Below, piece after piece: positions 55,121 to 64,000 of a DNA stretch of 64,000 nucleotides. Made by a program: the position numbers and the translations under genes. Below the pieces are notes generated by a model. It was given only the letters and a program-made list of their open reading frames with translations, was not told where the DNA came from and made no database searches. The stretch comes from Eledone cirrhosa (taxonomy: Eukaryota), in assembly GCA_964016885.1 (NCBI GenBank), contig OZ024743.1, positions 33,666,001 through 33,730,000 on the forward strand. The letters are read 5' to 3'. Within the stretch, counting starts at the first letter, position 1; the number at the start of each line of letters is the position of its first letter.

Positions 55121-55972
55121 TATTATAACCTGTCACATGATATGATGTGAGTGAATGTTGACTATGTAGCAGAAAATGCAGGTTTAGTAATTTTCTTAGA
55201 GCAAGAAGTGTCATCAGAATATCAAACTGTAAATCAAAATTATTTTATTTGGTAGAAATAGTGTATAACTGGGAGAAGAAGGAGCACATTGTAGATCTAA
55301 CATAGGACATTAAGTACACAGGCTTTTCCTCTGCTTTTATGTCCATTATCAAAGTAATTTTATTATCTGTGCTTTAAGGAAACAACAGTTATTACTATCT
55401 CCAAAATATTGTCTTTATCCAAGATTGGACTGGATATGAAATGACTCTGTATTTTAATAATGATACACACACCTATAAATCTGTATTGTACCACTGACAA
55501 CTTGTCTGTTCAGTATTTTATTATGCCAAGTTGCCTATACCTACCATTCCAGTTTGTTGATAGATTACGCTCTGACCATGAAACATAGCACAACGCTAAA
55601 TTGTTAAGAGTGCAATAAACATAAAAACCATAAATGTCATTTTTGACTTATTAACCAATAAATATTTGATTTATTAGTTTCATATAAATATCTTGCAATA
55701 TGAGATTCAAGTATTTTGTAGCACTAACATTCTTATTTTACTTTTTAATCAAGCTTCATCTTAGATACATCAATATAGAGTATGTAAGTGGATGTCTGTA
55801 TGTATATACACACAGACACATACACACACAAACATAGATACAAAAACACTCAGAAATGAATGTTATTACATATAAAATATGTATTGATAACTATAAAATC
55901 CATGAATCTAGAAAAACATAAATGGAACTACATATGGATTATATGAATAGACGTGTTAATTTGTGTGGGTGT

Positions 55973-56143
<171 letters not shown>

Positions 56144-56267
56144 TAAAATAACAGATTAAAGTTTAAGCAAAGAATCGCTGCTTTCACCCTTAACGGGATC
56201 TTCTGAAACTAATATATTTATCCTTATCGAGCCCTCTTTGGATTTTAGTCTTGAAATGTATTATTAT

Positions 56268-56316
<49 letters not shown>

Positions 56317-56791
56317 AATCTGCTGTTTTGGTCTCATTAAGTTTGCCGTATGGAATATATCATCATTTGCCTCAAGCCAGTCTTCCACGTGGTCAACTAA
56401 TCTACTAGAAATAGGAGCCACATCTTCCTAAAATTAGACTCTACTAGCCTGAAAATTAGATAATGTTGTCCTAAAGATATATAGTGCCTGATAAAAGGAC
56501 AGGATATTCATGGCTGGAATTCCATATGTCTGTTGAGTAAGTGTTGATGCAGGGCTAAATGATACTGACAATAATAACAATTCATCCTGCTTGTGATGCT
56601 TGACATAATGAAATCACTACCTGCTATGTCTTCTGTGTAATTTCTTTGTCATAGATATTTCACATTTTTAGTGTGCGGCATATACATTTTGTACTGCAAA
56701 TTTCCACAAAAAACTGTCCTCAAGTAAAAACACTATAAATATTTGAATTAATATGCCTATTTTTAAATATTTTCTTCTCTGCAACACGGTC

Positions 56792-57020
56792 TTAATTCTC
56801 TAGCATTTAAATCAGCTGTATCTGGCCAGGATTCTCTCACCTCTTTCTGTTCAAACTGGCTGTAACTTGCCACTCATACTGATGTTAAGGTATTGTTCTC
56901 AAAATAAATAATATTAAAATTTTGTAGATTTGATATTATGTAAGATAATTATGTAAGGTAAAGTCTTTACCATGAAATTATATTAGTAAATATAGAGTAA
57001 TGTAAATGCGAAAGGGTTAA
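56792..57020 (+). mobile_element. TTAA-ended MITE family A
   Basis: Same body; ends TGCGAAAGGGTTAA. Confidence 0.85.
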
Positions 57021-58600
57021 AATGACACCTACTAAATATCCCATCATTTTTCTTAATAGCAGTACAATTGCCAAAATACCTAAACATATATACAAAACTC
57101 CAGATCATCATCCCCACTCAGCTTACTCTTGCTGAGATGCACACCACTATCAATAAGTGCAAAAGAACAGCAATTGTTACATATTGACTAAATCTATCAT
57201 ACCTTCCTTTGCTGTGGCCAACACTATATCTTTGGGTATACAGAAATACTTTAGATATTGGAGAGAATGTAATATGTCGATGCTATCACACTGCATCACA
57301 TAAAGTTCATCACTGCTTCACAGCATTTGTTCCAGCTCTCTGCAGACCGAGTTCAAATCCCACTGAGATCAACTTTCCTTTTCTTCCCTTAGAGGTTAAT
57401 AAAGTATTAGTCCAGTACTGTGGCCAATTCTTTCTCTATATATCCTCACTTCCTCTCCTTCATTCTCACTCTCTTTTTTTCTAAAAGATAATCAACTATC
57501 TTCCGACCTGGAGAGGGATGGACTTCGCCAGGTGTAGATCCTAAGATAAGCTATATATTACTATAATGCCCCCATGATTATATATATGTATATCAGGGTG
57601 ACCGTATGGTATTCACCGAAACAGCGGCATGGTGTGATTGGAAACAAGGATCTGTGGGATACACTGAGTGCTGGATTATCCATTAAGCAAAATAATCATA
57701 TGCTTAGAGCATCAAGGAAAGAGAGGCACCATTTACACAAATTAAATGTATTTGTCATTCTTCTCAACCTTTTTTGTTGTTGCAAATTTGAAGTATGTAG
57801 GGTCTCAAGAGGACTTAATCTGGCCTGGGTTGCACCTCATCATTCGTGCCGTCAAACTGCTCAATCAGGGATGACCTAGGTGCAACTGAAATCAATATTG
57901 TATTAACATTACTATGGTTTAGTTTGCTGTATTCATGACTTCATCTATCAGCTTGAGACTTTCATAATTTCCTGTTTCTCGTGCTTCTATTTTACCATTG
58001 TTGTATTCAACAATGGTACTGTTACACTAGTCATTAGAAATAACACTTTTCCACACAAACAGTTTAGTTATCTATTTAGTATTTTTTGTTTATTATAAAT
58101 ATTAAATATTTTCCCATTTATTGATATTTTTGAAGTATATTTTTGTTATAACAAATTATATTTGTTTTCAATTGTTATCGGCATCAGGAAAAGTAGATAA
58201 TTTAATCAATATACAAAATGGATGTTTTAAGAAGGGTGCATTTCCTGATCTTAGAAATGTTGTTATTTCTTTAATTTATTTACTGGTTCCAGTAATCAGG
58301 ATATGGACATACTGGAGCATTACCTTTCAATCAGTTTTAATATTTTCACCAAAAGAAATATTTGTATAGACCAGTACTGGTGTAGCCCTCTTTCACTCGA
58401 TCTGTCTTGCATCCTGGATGTGACAGAATATTGGTTTAGTAGAATAAGGGGTAAGAAAATGTCTGTGTCTGCTCCCAACTTCATGGGCATCTAAAACACT
58501 TACCAAAAGCATGGTACATGCTACCAAATCATACTTTATTCCAAGTGACAAACATAGTCATTTGTTATCTTTCTCTGATGATACTTACAACATTAACTTA

Positions 58601-59531
58601 TCTCTATATATAAAACTGAGGATGTCTGTCTGTGTGGTGTGTGTGAGTTTGAATCCCTAAAACTCGAGGAGCACCCAACTGACTGTTTTCAAACTTTACA
58701 CCTGTAATACTTATGTTTCAGGGAGTGTTCTGAGCAAAACAAATTAAAAATTTTCAATGCCCTAGGGACCACATTAGGCGATTTAGCTATCTCTCTCTAT
58801 AATTCTTAGTCTTTCTCTTTTTAGATAGATACGTACATATAACGTTGCGCCCTTATAATATCTGTCTGTCTGTATGTCTGACTGTCTGCATTACGTCACT
58901 TCCCTGAGGATGTCTGTGTGTGTGTGACTGTGAGTTTGAATCCCTAAAACTCGAGAAGTACCCAACCGACTTTTTCCAAACTTTACATGTGTATTACTTA
59001 TGTTTCAGGGAGTGTTATGCGCATATAAAAAATACAACTTTTTGATCCCCTAGGGCCTGCATTAGTTGAAAAACTGCATTTTTTCAGGTTTTTAGGGTTT
59101 TTTGAGTCGTTACGTCAGACCGATTTCCTTGGAATTGTAACTATGTATTAGTCAGTCTCTTCTTCATACCATGAGCAAAGAAAATCCAACTTTTTTATGG
59201 CCTAGGGCCTGCATTAGGTGAAAAACTTCATTTTTTTCAGCTTTTTAGGGCTTTTTTGAGGTGTTACGTCTATCCGATTTTCCCGAAATTTCAAGGCATG
59301 TTATGCACATAAAAAAAATTCATTTTCTTGATCCCCTAGGGCCTGCATTAGGTGAAAACCTGCATTTTTCCTGCTTCATCGAGGAAAATCTTAAAGATTA
59401 TCCGGTGATCAGAGTATTCGGTTTATTTTCTTTACATATTGTCCAGGCATGCAGTTTTTCCACGATTAGGTCTGTTGGAGGCTCGTGTTCCAAAATACCT
59501 TATCCCGTGCAACGCCAGGTACCACTGCTAG
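58601..59531 (+). mobile_element. Non-autonomous Helitron
   Basis: A|TCTCTATATATAAAA 5' end followed by GTCTGTCTGT; 3' subterminal CCCGTGCAACGCCAGGTA and CTAG|T end; A/T insertion site without TSD; internal direct repeats. Confidence 0.8.
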
Positions 59532-60583
59532 TATTATATATTTTATAAGCTATTAGACTTCTATGAAATTGTTCAAAAATATCATGTAACCTCTTCAATG
59601 ATGTCTTTTTGTTTTTTCACAATTGTTATTTATCAACTGTCATTCTTCTGAATATTTGGAAATTCTATGCATTTTTTGCTTCTTGTAAACCCCATTTGTT
59701 GTTTTATTCATCATATCAACCTACTTTTGTTTTCTCTTGAAAAGCCTCCTTCTGATTATTTTGTTTTCCGTATGTGTATCTCACTACTTCCTCTTTTTTT
59801 CTTTCTTTCTTTTCCTGTCTATACTTAACCTACTTGATATTTAATGAGCAAATTCAATGCTGTACTTCCAAGAATATCCATACTTTTATGTTGAGTACTA
59901 CAAAAAAATCATCTCTTAATGATATCAGCTACCTTATATAGTTTTATCATCATCACCACCAACAACAACAACAAAGATTAGGTGGTGGGTTGGCAATAGA
60001 GCATTGGACAAAATGCTTGGCAATATTTAGTTACAACTGTCTACATTCAGAGTTCAAATCCTGCAGAGGTCAACTTTGCCTTTCATTCTTTTGGGGTTCA
60101 TAAAATAAAGTACCACTTAAGAACCAATGCTGGTATAATTGACTTACCACTTCCTCCAAATTGCTGGCTTTATGACAATATTTGAAAAATATATTATTAA
60201 AGAAAATAGGGTAGTTGATTGGCCTAATTATTAGGGTGTTGGGTTGTGGTATTTTTTTTACATTCCGAGTTCAGATTCCACTGAAGACACCTTTGCTTTT
60301 CATCATTTTCATGACAATGAAATAAATAAATCTAAATAACAAAGGAAGCATTTTGTTTTGAAGACGGCAAGCAAAGTTTGAAATTGAGTTAGAAATAGCT
60401 TTTGCCGTATTTTGACTAAAGAAAATTAGCGTGATAATGGGTATTGACATACATGTATGTCAATACTCATCCTTTTCCATTTAGAGTGCTTTAAACCCCA
60501 CTATCAGGCTAATTTTCTTTAGTCACAATACAATGAAAGCTTCTATTTCTAACTCATTTCAAATTTAAATATTTTATTTACAG

Positions 60584-60750
60584 ATGGCTGGTTGTCAAGA
60601 ACTGGCTAATCCATAAAAAACGCAAATTGGAACTTGCTCCTAAACGGAATTGGAAGCGTTACTGGGTATGTCTAAAGGGAACCATGCTGCTATTCTTTGA
60701 CTGTGATGAAGAGAGTATCACAGAAGAAAGTGCCCCAAGACATGTACTAG
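60584..60750 (+). CDS. sif: Internal coding exon of a Still life/TIAM-family Rac GEF (N-terminal PH domain core)
   Basis: tttatttacAG acceptor; G|GTAAGT donor. The 167 nt read (G)WLVVKNWLIHKKRKLELAPKRNWKRYWVCLKGTMLLFFDCDEESITEESAPRHVL, closely resembling the Sif/TIAM1 PH domain as recalled (L.VK.WL..KK..ELA.KR.WK.YWVCLKG..L.F...P.H). Confidence 0.93.
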
Positions 60751-62661
60751 GTAAGTATTTAATCTCAGCCATTTACATTCTACTAACATCTTAGAGCCAT
60801 GTTATATAATTCTTTAATTTACCCAACTCTCTAATCCTAAACCCATTAATCTGCCTGAAATTTTAATCTCTACTTACCAAAATCTGTTTTTCCTCTTCTG
60901 TGACTTCTAATTTTTTTTTTTTCAAATATTCTCTTTTTCTATTTTAGTTTAGTCTTGAACTGTTCTTTTAGAAAACATCATTTTTCCCTGTTATTTTAGT
61001 GATTTTTTTTTTTTTGTCTTTTCCTCATTAAATGTTTCTTTTATTTTGTTTTCAGATGTTTTCATAGAATTATTTAATTTATTTCTCTTCAATATTAAAC
61101 TTTTCTGAAGATTAGAACAAGCTTCAATTTCAGTTTTATTTCAGGACCATTTTATCATTTTCTAAGTTTTCCTAATACAATGTTAAAGAAACAAAGGTTT
61201 AAATTATAAAAGTAAGCAGAACAATATTCAACAAACAGCATTTATATTTAATTTATATTTGATATTCTATTTCTTTCTTAGTGGGTTTTTTTCTCTCCCC
61301 ATTTTACTCTGAAAATAAAGAACCATATATATGAGAATTTAACTTTATAGCATATCCATTAATTCACTACTGGTTACCTCTTCACAATTACTGTCAAAAA
61401 TGTCACTATGTTATTCCAATCTGTTAAGTATGAGATAATATATTCTCTAAAATATAGGATCTGAAATTTAATGCAGTAAAAAGCTTTATTGTCTTAAGAT
61501 TATTTGAAATATTTTCTTTCATAATTCAGTTTGATGTCCTTTCATGATATTTTTACTTATTGTGTGAAAATCAATATTGATTTTAAGCCCTTGTCTTTAA
61601 TCTTAAGTTCTTTTTTATGCATCTTTGTAGATAGCACTAATTTATATTCCTCCATAGTCTTAAATTTGTGAATATGGTTATGAATATTTGGCATCTGGAC
61701 AAGCAGTATATCTTGTAGCTCAATGTCTTTAACTCTTAACATTCTGTTCTGATTTAGTAGAAAATACTTTAAATTGGGTTTGTTAATTCAAATGTCTACA
61801 ATATCTTTATTAGTGGATAAGATGAATTGTCATTAAAAATTGTGCTATTAAAGAAATGACCTTAATTTTTAATGCAATGCAGTCATAGTGCTGCTTTGTA
61901 CTTTTCAGGAATATTTTGCTAATGCAGTTTCGTGTGGTAAAGGACATTAACAGTTAAGAGTGAAGTTAAAGTGCAACCTAGATTATGGACCATTATCACT
62001 CTAGAAACAATTTTTTGACATGCAGTTTGTTTGTTTCAGCCAAACCATCAATAGGTTGAAATAATTAAAACAGCTTCTGATACCACTGATATTACAATAT
62101 ATTAGAAGCTTCTCTGCTTCTCTGTTGATAATAAAAGAACTCTTTTGTCTCATGTAAAAGACACCATATCATGCTATATGATGATTAATTGCAAGTTAAA
62201 TGTTAGCATGTGAGGAAGATTGAACATAAAGGATTTTCTTTGCAAGTTATTTTAAAAGTTTGATTGTCATATTTATTATATTTTCCCATGAACATTAAGG
62301 AATAAATAAAGTGAAATGTTTACTGCTAGGACTCAGACTCGGCTTACTTAGTACAACTTCATGGTGGTTTACAAAACACTCATTCTTTGAGGTAAAATGT
62401 TAGAAGTTTCTTGCTGTATTTCAGGTTCTATTCATTGCTAAGTCTGAGAAATTTGAGCTATGCACTCTTTTTACATTGTTATAATTACTAATCAGATTTA
62501 AAGCATTTGTCTGTGCATTCATTGTTGTTGCTGTACCTAATCCTTTTGATACTCTATTTCTAATGAAAGACACTGCTTGCAATTTTCAAATAATTTTGAC
62601 AATAACTAGGTATATAAAGGGATTTAGTAATATAACTAACTTTCATTATCTAGTTGATGAA

Positions 62662-63050
62662 CGGCGGTGGATTGGCAGTATCGGTAGAGAGTCGAACGCC
62701 ATGCTTTCCAGCATAGTTACGTCCCTTTACGGTCTGAGTTCAAATCCCGCCGAGGTTAACTTTGCCTTTCATCCTTACGGAGGTCGAGAAAATAAAGCAC
62801 CAGTAATACACTGGGACAATTGCTGGCCTTGTGCCAAAAGTAGAAACAATTATCTAGTTGATGAAGAGTGGTGGATTGGTAGTATCGGTAGAGCATCAGA
62901 CACCATGCTTTGCAGCATAGAGTTATACCCCTTTATGTTCTGAGTTCAAATCCTGCCGAGGGTAACTTTGCCTTACGAGGTTGATAAAATAAAGTACCAG
63001 TAATGCACTGGGGTAATTGCTGGCCTTGTGCCAAAAGTAGAAACAATTAT
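62662..63050 (+). mobile_element. Two ~190-bp SINEs in tandem inside a family-B MITE
   Basis: Units 62662-62848 and 62866-63050, separated and flanked by ATTATCTAGTTGATGAA-like target repeats. Confidence 0.85.
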
Positions 63051-64000
63051 TTACTTGATGTTTAGAACATAAATTAAAGGTTCTTAGGAAGAATTTTAAT
63101 AGAATGTTTTTAGATAAATACAAACACTTTGAAACAAACAGCTTTGTATCACAGAACCACAGTTTGGTATCAAAAGGGTTTAGGAAAATGAGGTTTATGT
63201 CCAGCAGAGAAAATATCATAGTATGCTTCAGTCTCTTACTATTACTCCTTCAATTTTACTTATACTATCTTTAAAGCAAATTTAGCTCCTTTTGATTTTT
63301 TTTTCATTTTACAACTATTTCAGAGTAGCAAGTCCATATTTTTGATCAATAAACAAATAACTAAAAGCAAATCTTTATGAAATGTTGCAATTTATCTAGT
63401 CTCCATCTCGAATTCCATTTAAAACAAAAATAGCATTAAGAAACAAAAATCATATTCTTTAAGAAGTTTGTATAACAGGAAAATACCACACTGCTAAAGC
63501 TGTTAAATAGTGATTTCTATCTACTAGATAACAATCATTGGGGTTTATGAAATACTGTTGCCACCTTAAAATTTGTTTGAGACTACACAGTTGATAGTCC
63601 TACTTATGGAATATATGTTTCCTTGTGTTAGTGATTTCATATTGTGAGCGATAAAAGCTAAAGATTGATAAAAAGTATAATGTTCTAAACACAACTAAAC
63701 ACAAAAGACAGTGAAGAAAATATAATATATAGTCTACTGCTAGATGATTACTCTGAATCTAAATAACTTTATAGAAAGAAAATACAATTAAAATTGATTT
63801 CTAGTGTATTTTGCTTTAATTTTTTATGTATAATCACATAGTGCCTCAGATCATAGAAGCCAACATCCATCATTCCTTTTTAGCTGAACTACAAAACCAT
63901 TATTTAACTGTATTTACCTTATAATTTGAAACTTTCTCTTACACCTTCATTCCTTAGAGCTTGAGATACATTGCTTAGTAGTGATTTACTGTTTCTGTAT

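Overview
AT-rich, microsatellite-dense eukaryotic DNA. The repeat repertoire suggests a mollusc, probably an octopus (inference, not verified). The window is mostly intronic sequence of a + strand Rac-GEF gene of the Still life/TIAM family. Two phase-compatible GT-AG exons (52762-52865, 60584-60750) encode the start of its N-terminal PH domain, and there are candidate upstream or alternative first exons at 11752-11856 and 52413-52511. The introns carry layered mobile DNA: a young 5'-truncated RTE LINE whose open ORF has a PHD-type finger inside the RT region, inserted into a decayed Ty3/Gypsy pol; many RTE 3' fragments; several tRNA-derived SINE families; about 10 copies of a TTAA-ended (piggyBac-type) MITE plus a second such family; hAT MITEs; piggyBac and Tc1/mariner transposase remnants; two Helitron-like elements; a probable CRE-clade 3' end; and Penelope-like terminal repeats with hammerhead-like cores and fold-back hairpins. 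The most interesting observations are the fixed-geometry fold-back element, SINEs stacking repeatedly at ATTAT targets, SINE tail swapping at a conserved hairpin, and the PHD-in-RT LINE. Most ORFs in the supplied track are microsatellite or antisense artefacts. All family assignments come from motif recognition by eye; no searches were run.
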